A stretch of DNA of 64,000 bases from Spirochaetia bacterium (GTDB lineage Bacteria > Spirochaetota > Spirochaetia > UBA9216), in assembly GCA_965140585.1 (NCBI GenBank), contig OZ223269.1:672001-736000 (forward strand), given 5' to 3'. Both the position numbers and the translations under genes were made by a program. The notes under the pieces were generated by a model, which was not told the origin of the DNA, searched no databases, and saw only the letters and a program-made list of their open reading frames with translations. Positions 19,696-29,761 of the stretch are shown piece by piece. How positions within the stretch are numbered: the stretch's first letter is position 1; the number at the start of each line of letters is the position of its first letter.

Positions 19696-21003
19696 TTACT
19701 GGTCATACTCCCCGACAACTATTTCGCGTTTACAAGGAGCATTTTCTGTATATACTGCTTCGCTTCCTTTTCCGAACTGATCTTCGGGTTTGAAAACAAC
19801 TTTGCCCGGAGTTATACAGCCGGCAACCGGACATACATGCAGACAGAGATGACAGCCTACACACTTGTCTTCATCAATGGCGACTTTTCTATTTTCCTGA
19901 TCCCAGGTGATCGCCTGATGAGCTCCGTCAAAACAGGATACGTAGCATCTGCCGCAGCTTACACATTTATCGTAATCGATCTGCGGGTAAACCTTGAAAT
20001 CTCTATCGAGTTCTTCGGCAGGTACGATACTTTTAACTGCAAGACCTACGAAGTCATCAATTGATTTAAATCCTTTCTCTTCCATCCAGATTGAAAGACC
20101 GCTTATCATGTCTTCAACAATCCGGAATCCGTACTGCATGACAGATGTTGTGAACTGCAGGTTGGTACATCCAAGAAGAAGGAATTCTGCACAGTCTTCC
20201 CAGGTTTCAATTCCGCCGATTCCGCTGATAGGTATATCTTTAAGAACTTCATCCTGTTTCATCTGGGCAATGAACCGGAGTGCAATTGGTTTTGCAGCTT
20301 TTCCAGAATAGCCTGAGATTGATGATTTTCCGTTAACTACCGGAAGACCTGTTAATTTATCGAGATCAAGTCCGGTGATTGATTTAATAGTATTTATGGC
20401 TGCAATAGCATGTCCGCCTGCTGCGATGGAGGCTCTTGCAGGAATTTCCATCTTTTCGATATTAGGTGTCATCTTAAGCATAACCGGCAGGTTGGTTCCT
20501 TTGAGTGTAGCTTTGGTAAAGCTTTCAATTAGCTCAAGATTTGCACCTACATCAGAACCCATGTTTTCCTGGGTCATCTGAGGACATGAATAGTTACATT
20601 CAATTATATCTGCGCCTGCTTCAGTTACATCCTTGGCAAGTCTTGTCCAGTCGTCCTCATTCATTCCCATTATCGAAACAATAAGACATTTGGTAGGAAA
20701 GTCTTTTTTCAGTTTGCGAAGGAATTCAAGGTTCTCCTCATATGGGTGATCTGAAATCTGTTCCATGTTTTTAAAGCCGACAAATGGTTCACCTTCTTTT
20801 CTGACATGGTCAAAACGAGGAGAACATTCATCAGGAATGTAAGTTCCTATAGTTTTAAAAACAACTCCGCCGCCTCCGGCTTCAAGGAATTTAGCGCACA
20901 TCTCATAGGTGGCGGCTACCGGTGAAGAAGAAAGGAAGAACGGGTTTTCACATTTAAATCCGCAAAAATCAACTGATAAATCTGCATGTTTTCTCTTTAC
21001 CAT
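19696..21003 (-). CDS. preA: NAD-dependent dihydropyrimidine dehydrogenase subunit PreA
   Basis: [24 protein letters not shown], two C-terminal 4Fe-4S motifs (CVSCGRC, CVGCHLC). Confidence 0.93.
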   Translation of the reverse strand: MVKRKHADLSVDFCGFKCENPFFLSSSPVAATYEMCAKFLEAGGGGVVFKTIGTYIPDECSPRFDHVRKEGEPFVGFKNMEQISDHPYEENLEFLRKLKKDFPTKCLIVSIMGMNEDDWTRLAKDVTEAGADIIECNYSCPQMTQENMGSDVGANLELIESFTKATLKGTNLPVMLKMTPNIEKMEIPARASIAAGGHAIAAINTIKSITGLDLDKLTGLPVVNGKSSISGYSGKAAKPIALRFIAQMKQDEVLKDIPISGIGGIETWEDCAEFLLLGCTNLQFTTSVMQYGFRIVEDMISGLSIWMEEKGFKSIDDFVGLAVKSIVPAEELDRDFKVYPQIDYDKCVSCGRCYVSCFDGAHQAITWDQENRKVAIDEDKCVGCHLCLHVCPVAGCITPGKVVFKPEDQFGKGSEAVYTENAPCKREIVVGEYDQ

Positions 21004-21005
21004 GA

Positions 21006-22304
21006 TTACTTTGCCTCCTTTGTGAGATATTTGTCTATGTTTTCAGCCGCAACCTTACCAACAGCTACAGCCTGTACAACTGTTTTTCCGCCGTTTACTA
21101 TATCGCCGCCGGCAAAGATGTATGGAACACTTGTTCGGCAGTCTTTGCTTTCATCTGCAATTATTGTATTTTTAGGACCGAAACTTATGTCTGCAATGTC
21201 CTTTACTGAAGGATCTGGTGCCTGGCCTATGGCAAAAATTACTTTGTCACATTCAAGCTCTATTTTTGATGAATCTCTGAAACCTTCTCCCTTAATACCA
21301 ACAACCTTCCCGTCTTTTCCGATTATCTCGGCCGGTGTAAAACCATAATGCATGTGAACACCGAGCGATTCAACGTAATTCATCTCGATTTTATGCGCAG
21401 GTGCTTCTTCTCTGGTTCTTCTGTAAAGAATCATTACTTTTTCCGCACCTAAAAGCCGTGCTGTAGTGGCACAGTCCATGGCTACATCACCACCGCCGAG
21501 AACTACAACCTTGTTGCCCGGTTCAATATCACCCCCTGACGGTTTTGCTGCACCAAGATATTCTACTGCGTTTGTTACTCCATCAAGCTCAACGCCGGGA
21601 ATATCAAGTGATTTGGGAGCCTGAATACCTGCCCCGATAAAAAAGGCTTTATAACCGTCTGCTTTCAGCTGATCGATAGTTTTGTCTTTACCGATTTTTG
21701 TGTTGCATATGATTTCAACGCCAAGGTCTTTGATAAGCTGTACTTCTTCTTCAACTATATACTGAGGAAGTCTTGCAGGAACTACTCCGTATGTAAGAAC
21801 ACCGCCCGGTATTGCTTTTTCTTCAAAAATAGTTACCCGATAACCTTTTTGTGCAAGTTCTGCGGCACATGTAAGCGATGCCGGTCCGGAACCGATCATG
21901 GCTACTTTGTCCTTTGTAGCATCAACTTTCTCAAGTGCTTCAAATCCGGTAGCTTTTGCGTAATCTGTAGCGAATCTCTGAAGCCGGCCTATCTGAATAG
22001 GTTTGTCGATTCCGGTTCTTGAACATGCTTTTTCACAAAGCACCTCGTACGGACAGACTCTTGCACAGATCCCGCCGAGTACATTGTTTGTTCGAATTAT
22101 CTCTGCTGCACCCTTAAAGTTTCTGAACCTTATAGATCTTATAAAGTCTCCCGGGTTTGTTCCTGCCGGACAATCCTGGGAACATGGTGCGTCAAGACAG
22201 AGAAGACAGCGTGAGGCCTCTTCCATTGCAGTTGCAATGTTAAAAGGGGGCACTTCTTCACACAGATATTGCTTCTGCAAATCCTGTTTGCTGTTATTAG
22301 ACAT
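21006..22304 (-). CDS. preT: Dihydropyrimidine dehydrogenase subunit PreT (GltD-like)
   Basis: [43 protein letters not shown]; adjacent to preA. Confidence 0.9.
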   Translation of the reverse strand: MSNNSKQDLQKQYLCEEVPPFNIATAMEEASRCLLCLDAPCSQDCPAGTNPGDFIRSIRFRNFKGAAEIIRTNNVLGGICARVCPYEVLCEKACSRTGIDKPIQIGRLQRFATDYAKATGFEALEKVDATKDKVAMIGSGPASLTCAAELAQKGYRVTIFEEKAIPGGVLTYGVVPARLPQYIVEEEVQLIKDLGVEIICNTKIGKDKTIDQLKADGYKAFFIGAGIQAPKSLDIPGVELDGVTNAVEYLGAAKPSGGDIEPGNKVVVLGGGDVAMDCATTARLLGAEKVMILYRRTREEAPAHKIEMNYVESLGVHMHYGFTPAEIIGKDGKVVGIKGEGFRDSSKIELECDKVIFAIGQAPDPSVKDIADISFGPKNTIIADESKDCRTSVPYIFAGGDIVNGGKTVVQAVAVGKVAAENIDKYLTKEAK

Positions 22305-22562
22305 TATTCACCCTCCTGAATGAAATTACAGACAAATGCCTGTATATAAAAATATTTACACCGCTGTTTACGGTTTCAAAAATATTTTGCCTTTAATTTA
22401 ATTTTATTGTAAAAATTAGCGTTTGCAAGTTGAGATAAAGATTCAGAAATATTATCATCGGGCAAGATTATTCTGGGTTCTGCCTTTAAAACTGATGAAT
22501 TTTCTGCCATAGAAATTAATTATAAATGGTTTTTTGTGAATTGGCAACATTTTATTGCTATA

Positions 22563-22580
22563 AATGTTTGCCTAAACATT
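22563..22580. promoter_or_regulatory. Palindromic candidate operator AATGTTT-GCCT-AAACATT
   Basis: Perfect 7-4-7 inverted repeat in the preT/AEC divergent region; a related site lies at 62149-62164. Confidence 0.45.
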
Positions 22581-22597
22581 ATGAAGGGGTCAAACCG

Positions 22598-23485
22598 TTG
22601 ATTTTAAGCATTTTTATTATAATTTTACCACTTTTAGTCGTGGTTTCTGCAGGATATTTTATATCAAAGCTGCATAAAATAGATTCTGCATCATTAAGCC
22701 GCGTTCTGACAGATTTTTTCCTGCCTGCAATGGCCTTTCATTCTCTTTATACATCAAAAATTGTGTTTATGGATACTGCAAAACTCTTTGGAGCAGTAAT
22801 TTTATCTCTTTTTTTACTCGCTTTTTTTTCTATAGTCTATTCCAAAATTACCAAAACCCGTTTTTCCGATTTAGGCCCGTCAATTTGTTTTATGAATACC
22901 GGCTTTTTAGGAATCCCTCTGATGGCATTGTGGGGCGGGGCATATGCAGTGAATGTAGAGGTAATTATTGATCAGATTCAGAATATCTTTATATTCAGCA
23001 TAGGTCTGATGATGGTAACCGGAGGATTTAACACTAAGAGTTTTAAAGAAATGCTGAAGGCTCCAATACTGTGGGCTATTGTAGCCGGCTTTCTGTTTAA
23101 TGCATTTAATATCCGGCTGCCGCAGATTATTGTAAAAACAGCTGAGTTCAGCGGCTCAGGGGTTATGCCTCTAGCCGCTTTTATCGTTGGCGCCTCTATT
23201 GCAGGTAAGCCCTTGGTTTTTAACAGACATCTTATTTTCGGTCTGCTGTTAAGATTTTTCGGCGGATTTATTGCCGGATTAACGGGGGCTTTGGTTTTGG
23301 GATTTCAGGATACAATGAAAACTGTGTTTATCATTGCAATGAGTTTACCCTCTGCAATATTCACCTATGTACTCCCTGTCAGATATGGAAGAAATGCAGA
23401 TCTTGCCGGTTCAATGCTGATTGTTTCAACAGTACTCGGGATATTTACTATTCCGGTCGTAATTTATCTTGCAGGATTATTATGA
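22598..23485 (+). CDS. AEC family transporter (MdcF/MleP-like)
   Basis: FMNTGFLGIPL and SLPSAI..YVL motifs, about 10 TM. TTG start after a GAAGGGG RBS. Confidence 0.85.
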   Translation: MILSIFIIILPLLVVVSAGYFISKLHKIDSASLSRVLTDFFLPAMAFHSLYTSKIVFMDTAKLFGAVILSLFLLAFFSIVYSKITKTRFSDLGPSICFMNTGFLGIPLMALWGGAYAVNVEVIIDQIQNIFIFSIGLMMVTGGFNTKSFKEMLKAPILWAIVAGFLFNAFNIRLPQIIVKTAEFSGSGVMPLAAFIVGASIAGKPLVFNRHLIFGLLLRFFGGFIAGLTGALVLGFQDTMKTVFIIAMSLPSAIFTYVLPVRYGRNADLAGSMLIVSTVLGIFTIPVVIYLAGLL

Positions 23486-24238
23486 TTTAGAATTCCAGCT
23501 GCTTCCGGCTACGCAGTTTACAGTTCCCGAATCTGAATCCCTTACTTCATGATTTATGCCGTATAATTCTGTTCCGTTAAAATCATTTACTATAACGGCA
23601 TCTTTTTCAGGGAGGATTTCCTGCTTATAATTAATTTCAAACTCTGATAGGTTGTGTGTATCAAGGAAACTCACCGGCAGAGAATTAATCATCCATTCAA
23701 CATACCTGGTTGAGGTTACATGACGGTTCATATCAAGAGCGGAATACCCTGGTCTTAGATGGTATTCAGAGGTCTGAGTCTCAAGTTGAGGCATTTTTGA
23801 TTTGAAATCGGCTTCAAGTGCAGATTCAGAAGTCCCCGGCTCTGGATGCATGTCGGTGATAATCTGCGGGAGCCTGACTATCCGTCTTTTTTCGAGATTA
23901 ATGGTCAGCCATGCACTTGTTGCCTTTACAAGCTCCCTGTCTTTGCTGTCAGTTACTATAAAATCTCGACATGAGAAAAGCCCCTGGGCTCCGGATGGCC
24001 ATGTGTTTACATTGATAATTTCATCTTTTTCCGGGAGTCTTATAATTCGGAACTTCAGTCGTGAGAGCATCCAGGTAAGTCCGATTTTATTCAGATCATC
24101 AACTGTGATCTTATATTCTATGCAGTGATTTCCTGCTGCTTCATTCATATAATCACAGAGGCTTCGTATTGAAAGTTTTCCGTGTGTGTCTGTTTGAAAG
24201 CCTCTGACTTTAAAAGTGTCGGTAAAATATTTCATCAT
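23480..24238 (-). CDS. Acyl-ACP thioesterase family (double hotdog) protein
   Basis: WMLSRLKF, VNTWPSG, LDMNRHVTSTRYVEW, EINYKQE. Confidence 0.85.
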   Translation of the reverse strand: MMKYFTDTFKVRGFQTDTHGKLSIRSLCDYMNEAAGNHCIEYKITVDDLNKIGLTWMLSRLKFRIIRLPEKDEIINVNTWPSGAQGLFSCRDFIVTDSKDRELVKATSAWLTINLEKRRIVRLPQIITDMHPEPGTSESALEADFKSKMPQLETQTSEYHLRPGYSALDMNRHVTSTRYVEWMINSLPVSFLDTHNLSEFEINYKQEILPEKDAVIVNDFNGTELYGINHEVRDSDSGTVNCVAGSSWNSKS

Positions 24239-24453
24239 CTGTCTCCGCTGAGATTGTAAAGAGCGGGGGAACCGCTGTCAATAAATCTTCTTTTTAATTC
24301 AATTCAGTTTAAAGTTTTTTTTTGAAGAATAAAAAAGGCTTAAACCGATATAAATAAAAGAAATACAAAAAAATAATTATTTCAAAGAAACAGAAACTTG
24401 TTGATTTTGGGGTATTATTTTAATATTGAGCAAAAAAAAACTGGAGAAAAACA

Positions 24454-25431
24454 ATGAAATGTAGAAAGGCTGTCTGGGGTTTGGTGCTGTTTATCGCACT
24501 GATTTCACCAGGCATTGTTTTTGGTCAGGAGACCCTGGCTGTTTTGGATTTTACCACTGAAGCTGTTTCAAAGACTGAAATGAAAGCTATTGTCGAGTAT
24601 CTGTCAGCTGAATTATTCAATACAGGAAAATTTATAGTTATTGATGTATCACAGCGCGAAACTATTCTTAATGAGATGGAGTTTTCCATGTCGGGCTGTA
24701 CTGATGAATCATGCGCGCTTGAGATAGGAAAGCTTCTTTCCGCAGAAACTATAGTTACTGGGACTTTATCCAAGATCGGAAGCCGGTATCTGATGTCGGT
24801 GAAGATGCTTGAAACCGAAACCTCCAAAACTCTTGCAACATCTAATGGTAAATACGGAGATCTTGATGAGCTCATTGACGGGCTTGAGAATGTAGCCGCG
24901 GAACTTGCCGGAAATCCCGTAACTGAAACAGTCGTTGAATCCGAGCCTGAAAAAAATGAAACTGTTTCTGAATCGGCTTCTGCCGAAGAATCCGACAAAG
25001 GTGAGACCACTGCTGAAGCAGCCGCCCGACCTGCTGCCCCTGCTGATAAGACAGTCGCAGCGGATAACGGCGGAGTTGATATCCCGGCTATTATTTGTAC
25101 CAGTGCCGGGGCAGCAGGACTGTGTGTAGGAGGTTATTTTCTGTATAACCTGTTTGCAAATAGTCTACCGGCTTTTAACACTGCAAATATTGCATACGAT
25201 TCTGCATCATATGGATCTGATTTTGATACACTCTTCACTGCACTGGAAACATCCCGTGATGCAGCTTTTAATGATTTTCTTATCGGTTCAATTGCTGCCG
25301 GTGCCGGAGTAGTTTTGACAACTGTCGGTATAATATTATTTGCAAATGATTCTGCACCGGAAACTTCAAATATTGCATTCAGTCCGGTAGTCGGAAATAA
25401 TCCGGGCCTGCTTGTTCGAGTGAGCTACTAA
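24454..25431 (+). CDS. Exported protein with CsgG/TolB-N-like domain and C-terminal hydrophobic hairpins
   Basis: Signal peptide; LAVLDF, ILNEMEFSMSGCTDESCALEIGKLLSAETIVTGTLSKIG. Confidence 0.65.
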   Translation: MKCRKAVWGLVLFIALISPGIVFGQETLAVLDFTTEAVSKTEMKAIVEYLSAELFNTGKFIVIDVSQRETILNEMEFSMSGCTDESCALEIGKLLSAETIVTGTLSKIGSRYLMSVKMLETETSKTLATSNGKYGDLDELIDGLENVAAELAGNPVTETVVESEPEKNETVSESASAEESDKGETTAEAAARPAAPADKTVAADNGGVDIPAIICTSAGAAGLCVGGYFLYNLFANSLPAFNTANIAYDSASYGSDFDTLFTALETSRDAAFNDFLIGSIAAGAGVVLTTVGIILFANDSAPETSNIAFSPVVGNNPGLLVRVSY

Positions 25432-25441
25432 GGAGGCCTTC

Positions 25442-26935
25442 ATGAAAAACAGAATAATCATTTTATTAACAGTTATTACTATATTAAGCATTTTTATTTT
25501 TACTGCTTGTGAATTATTTCAGGCTCCGGTACGGGATAACACGTTCGATCCTTCATACGAGGGCGATGCTGTGGTTCCGGGCGCACCTCTTTCAATTGAT
25601 TTAAGCGCAAGCCTGTCCTCGATTATTGTAAAATGGGAAGCTTCAGAGAATGCTGAAGATTATACAATTTTCTGGGGAGACAGTTCTGATTTTGATCAAA
25701 CTGCACTGGTTGAAGCTGGTCAAACTACAAATTATAATATTAGTAACGGAGATGGAACTTATACTTATACTATAGAGAGTGATTTTATTTATGGGACAGA
25801 ATATACCGTATGGGTGGCCGGAGTCTCTTCTGAGGATATTATGAGTTCTGATATTGCCACAGGAGCAGTGACTTGCTCTGCTAAAGGTGAATTATCATCT
25901 GATTTCAATAGTGGTGCAGTTTTTTCATATGTTCAGGGTACTAATTCTCAATTCAGTGATGTAGTACAACAAGACGACAGATACTATTTGGGAATGGGAA
26001 TTGCATATGCATCCCCTGTAGGTGGAATATATTCAATTCGAACTGATGGAACTTCTACACAGCAAAAAATTGTAGATTACGTTGGCAGTTATCCCTCTTA
26101 TGAAATTATAAAAACATCATCGGATATTGATCTTTTAGATATAAATTATAATCAATATGTCAGTTATATCGATCTTGGAGATGATGCGGAGCACACTAGT
26201 GCAGATTTTCTGGTTGTCTCCGGGGCTGTATTTCATCAGGGAGAATCTGTTTTCTTATGTGGAGATAATGGAACATCGGTTATCAAGCTTTTTAATTATA
26301 ATTTAGGTACAATGACAGCAGATGATGTCTTTTTAGTTGACCCACTTGCACATTTCGGTACATCCGGGGTCGTTGCTGATGCTTATGATATAGTGAAACA
26401 GGGTGATATGGTGTATGTCCTTGGATATCATGGAGCGTTTGCAGGACCACCGGTTGTTGATGCAAAAAGTATAGTAATCAGACTTGATACAGACCTCAGT
26501 ATAAAGCAGATTGCAGAATTGTCGGCAGAATGGCCGGTAGCTGTGCCTGACATGCATATTGCCGCAGATAATTCTGATAGGTTGATAATTGCAGCACCTC
26601 AGCTTGTCGGAAGATTCGACTCTTTAATGAATGTGGACACCAGCTTTGGAAGTAACGGAACCAGCAGTACATTATTTGATTCAGGTTTTATTCCGTCGGA
26701 CATTGCTGTTCAGGCTGATGATAAAATTTATATCAGCGGATACTATGTTGATTCGATTAATATTGGATGTCTGTACAGAATTAATTCTGATGGTTCACTT
26801 GATCAGTCTTTTGCAAACAACGGCCGTTTTTTTCGTGATAACTCTGATTTTATGTCAGTTACAATTGGAGATGATGGAAAAGTTCTTCTTGCTGGAAAGG
26901 AAAATGGTTTTGCGGCTCTGTGGGTGCTTGAATAA
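25442..26935 (+). CDS. Lipoprotein with FN3-like domain and delta-60-type beta-propeller repeats
   Basis: Lipobox FTAC, RDNTFDP, VDTSFGSNG, IAVQADDKIYISG, DGSLDQSFANNG. Confidence 0.65.
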   Translation: MKNRIIILLTVITILSIFIFTACELFQAPVRDNTFDPSYEGDAVVPGAPLSIDLSASLSSIIVKWEASENAEDYTIFWGDSSDFDQTALVEAGQTTNYNISNGDGTYTYTIESDFIYGTEYTVWVAGVSSEDIMSSDIATGAVTCSAKGELSSDFNSGAVFSYVQGTNSQFSDVVQQDDRYYLGMGIAYASPVGGIYSIRTDGTSTQQKIVDYVGSYPSYEIIKTSSDIDLLDINYNQYVSYIDLGDDAEHTSADFLVVSGAVFHQGESVFLCGDNGTSVIKLFNYNLGTMTADDVFLVDPLAHFGTSGVVADAYDIVKQGDMVYVLGYHGAFAGPPVVDAKSIVIRLDTDLSIKQIAELSAEWPVAVPDMHIAADNSDRLIIAAPQLVGRFDSLMNVDTSFGSNGTSSTLFDSGFIPSDIAVQADDKIYISGYYVDSINIGCLYRINSDGSLDQSFANNGRFFRDNSDFMSVTIGDDGKVLLAGKENGFAALWVLE

Positions 26936-26949
26936 ATACCATGATATCT

Positions 26950-26987
26950 AAAAAAAGGCTGCACTCTCAACATGCAGCCTTTTTTTT
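26950..26987. terminator. Bidirectional terminator
   Basis: A-run, GGCTGCA...TGCAGCC, T-run between convergent genes. Confidence 0.75.
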
Positions 26988-27883
26988 CAGCAAAGCGATA
27001 CGCCGGCCAATATGGACAGGTACTTGGTTCTTTCACTGTCCGCCCTGGATGTTAGAATAATCGGTGCTGAAGCTCCGGCAATTATGCCGGCCATGTCGCA
27101 GTCGGTGAAATAAGCCATTGTTTTATAGAATACATTAGCCGCTTCTATGTCAGGAAACAGCAGGACATCAGCGTTTCCACCGACTTCTCCGGTTATACCT
27201 TTTACTTCGCAGCTGTGCTTGGATATGGCATTATCGAGTGCGAACGGTCCGTCTATGACGCAGCCTTTTATCTGACCGCGATCGGCCATCTTTGAAAGCA
27301 TAGCTGCATCAAGAGTGCATGGCATGGAGGGGTTAACTTTTTCAACGGCACCTATAACAGCAACCAGAGGTTTTTCAATTCCCAGCGTATGAGCGATTTT
27401 AACGGCGTTTTCGGTTAGAAGCTCTTTTTCCTTAAGCTCAGGTGCGATGTTCATTGCGGCATCGGTGGCAATAAGCAGTTTGTGGTATGACTTTATATCT
27501 ATAATAGCCATATGAGAAAGCATTCCTGAACCAGAGAGTCCGTTTTCACGGTCAAGGACTGCTTTCATAATAACTGATGTTGCGGTTTTTCCCTTCATAA
27601 GGCAGTCTGCTTTACCTGATTTTACAAGTTCAACAGCCTTCTTTGCACAGGCTTTTTCTCCGTCGGCCTCAATAATTTCAAAGGCCTCGATACATATACT
27701 GTTCTGAGACGCTATAGATTTGATTCTTTCCGGATTTCCTACAAGAATAGGTTTCACTATATTCTTTCCGGCCGCAGCAGCAATTGCGGCTAAAGCATCA
27801 TCTTCTTCCGCCATTGCCAGAGCAACGCATTTTGACGGTTTTTTAACTGCATTTTCTTCAAGTGTTTTAAAGTTATAGTTCAT
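26987..27883 (-). CDS. Phosphate butyryltransferase/acyltransferase (Ptb-like)
   Basis: ADCLMKG, TDAAMNIAP, DGPFALDNAIS, APIILTSRADS. Confidence 0.85.
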   Translation of the reverse strand: MNYNFKTLEENAVKKPSKCVALAMAEEDDALAAIAAAAGKNIVKPILVGNPERIKSIASQNSICIEAFEIIEADGEKACAKKAVELVKSGKADCLMKGKTATSVIMKAVLDRENGLSGSGMLSHMAIIDIKSYHKLLIATDAAMNIAPELKEKELLTENAVKIAHTLGIEKPLVAVIGAVEKVNPSMPCTLDAAMLSKMADRGQIKGCVIDGPFALDNAISKHSCEVKGITGEVGGNADVLLFPDIEAANVFYKTMAYFTDCDMAGIIAGASAPIILTSRADSERTKYLSILAGVSLC

Positions 27884-28020
27884 AATATAAACATCATACA
27901 ACGGATTGATGAAATGTAAATAATTTTATGAGTACTATGTCTTCAGATTATTATATATTTGTTTGACTATTTTATTGCTCAGCTGAAAAATCTCTGCTAA
28001 TATGACTGCAACAATCATAT

Positions 28021-28178
28021 TATTGTCCGAGCCTTCTTTCCTGCAGCCGATAGGTATGGAATTTCGGCCGATGAATTTCGTATCAAAGATCTGAGCTATC
28101 TGTGTAGACTGCTTTGAACGTCGTTCAAAAGGGTTGTACCGGAAACAGTACTGCCTTCCGTATTTGTAAAGGAGATAG
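28021..28178 (+). ncRNA. Moco/Tuco riboswitch (MOCO RNA motif)
   Basis: TCCGAGC...GGTATGG...GGC, GGGTTGTACC-GGAAAC-AGTACTGCC, TTCCGTATTTGTAAAGGAG overlapping the RBS of tupA. Confidence 0.8.
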
Positions 28179-28180
28179 TA

Positions 28181-29053
28181 ATGAGAACGAACCCGTCTCT
28201 CGGTATGCCTATAACAGGTGTACGTTCTGTCAAAAATTTCATTCTTATTCTGTTGCTGATTTTATCTGTGAATGCAGTATTTGCAGGCGGTCAGCAGGAA
28301 ACTAAACCCGCTGAGGAAGTCCGGATTAAAATGGCGACAACCACCAGTACAGAAAACTCAGGTCTTCTTGATGTTCTTATACCTGCTTTTACTGAAAAAA
28401 CAGGTATAGCTGTAGATGTAATAGCAGTGGGTACAGGCAAAGCTATTGCACATGGTGAGAACGGAGATGTTGATCTGATCTTTGTTCATGCCCGTTCGAG
28501 GGAAGATTCTTTTGTTGCTGATGGTTACGGCGTGAACCGCAAGGATGTAATGTATAATGACTTTGTAATTATCGGTCCTGAAAACGATCCTGCAGGAATA
28601 AGCTCAGCCGCAACGGCTGCTGAAGCAATGAAACTTATTACCGTTTCAGGGGCTGATTTTGTATCCCGAGGTGATGATTCCGGAACTCATATCAAGGAAA
28701 AAGCGATCTGGGCAGAAGCCGGAATAGCTCCTTCCGGGCAGTGGTATAAGGAGGCAGGTCAGGGAATGGGAACTGTAATAACTATGGCCAATGATATGAA
28801 CGGCTATACTATTTCTGACCGGGCTACTTATCTGGCTATGAAGGATGAAATCGGTCTCAGAGTCAAGTTCGATGGTGACCCGGTACTTTTTAACCCCTAT
28901 GGAATTATTGCTGTAAATCCTGAGAAATATTCTCATGTTAAATATGATGCAGCTATGGAATTCATCAACTATGTAGTTTCAGAAGAAGGTCAGGCTGTTA
29001 TCGGCGGATTTCAGAAAAACGGCGAACAGCTTTTTTATCCGGATGCCAAATAG
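28181..29053 (+). CDS. tupA: Tungstate ABC transporter substrate-binding protein
   Basis: MATTTSTENSGLL (TTTS motif), AVGTGKA, FVSRGDDSGTH, GQGMG. Confidence 0.9.
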   Translation: MRTNPSLGMPITGVRSVKNFILILLLILSVNAVFAGGQQETKPAEEVRIKMATTTSTENSGLLDVLIPAFTEKTGIAVDVIAVGTGKAIAHGENGDVDLIFVHARSREDSFVADGYGVNRKDVMYNDFVIIGPENDPAGISSAATAAEAMKLITVSGADFVSRGDDSGTHIKEKAIWAEAGIAPSGQWYKEAGQGMGTVITMANDMNGYTISDRATYLAMKDEIGLRVKFDGDPVLFNPYGIIAVNPEKYSHVKYDAAMEFINYVVSEEGQAVIGGFQKNGEQLFYPDAK

Positions 29054-29071
29054 CTTAATCAGGGTTATCTG

Positions 29072-29761
29072 ATGTTCAGCCTTTTAGGCAGAGCAGCTGC
29101 ACTTATTTTATCAGGCGACAGGGAAGTCTTTAATATAGCTGGGACTTCCCTGTTCCTTGCAGTCAGTTCTACCGGATTAGCCACACTTATAGGAATTCCT
29201 ATAGGAATATTTCTGGGTTTCACCTCTTTTCCGGGAAGAAAAGCCCTTAAAGTTTTTTTTAACAGCCTGATGGGCATTCCTACTGTAGTTGTAGGTCTGT
29301 TTGTCTATTCTCTTATAAACAGACAGGGTCTTCTAGGGCCTTTTGGTCTGCTTTTCACCCAGGGCGGAATAATACTGGGGCAGGTTATACTGATTCTTCC
29401 TATTATGATTTCAATGATCTGGACAACGTTATCAGGTGTCAATCCGATGCTCATTGAGACGCTTGATGCCTTCTGCATATCTTCATTCAAAAAGAATATT
29501 CTGGTTTTAAGAGAAGTTAAAACTCAGATTATACTTGTGATTGTAACGGGGTTCGGCAGGGTTATCGGTGAAGTAGGCGTGTCAATGATGCTTGGAGGAA
29601 ATATAAGATGGTATACAAGGACTATCACTACCGCAATTTCTCTCGAAACAAGTAAGGGGCAGTTTGAGCTCGGGCTTGCACTTGGTATGATACTTTTATC
29701 GATTTCACTTGCAGTAAATATATTGATCAAAATTGGTTCCGGAGCTGATAGTGATGAATAA
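29072..29761 (+). CDS. tupB: Tungstate ABC transporter permease
   Basis: LMGIPTVVVGL, GFGRVIGEVG, GGNIRWYTRTITTAISLETSKG. Confidence 0.9.
   Translation: MFSLLGRAAALILSGDREVFNIAGTSLFLAVSSTGLATLIGIPIGIFLGFTSFPGRKALKVFFNSLMGIPTVVVGLFVYSLINRQGLLGPFGLLFTQGGIILGQVILILPIMISMIWTTLSGVNPMLIETLDAFCISSFKKNILVLREVKTQIILVIVTGFGRVIGEVGVSMMLGGNIRWYTRTITTAISLETSKGQFELGLALGMILLSISLAVNILIKIGSGADSDE

Noticed and set aside
22534-22552. Rex-like operator beginning TTGTGAA
   Set aside because: The right half-site has too many mismatches.
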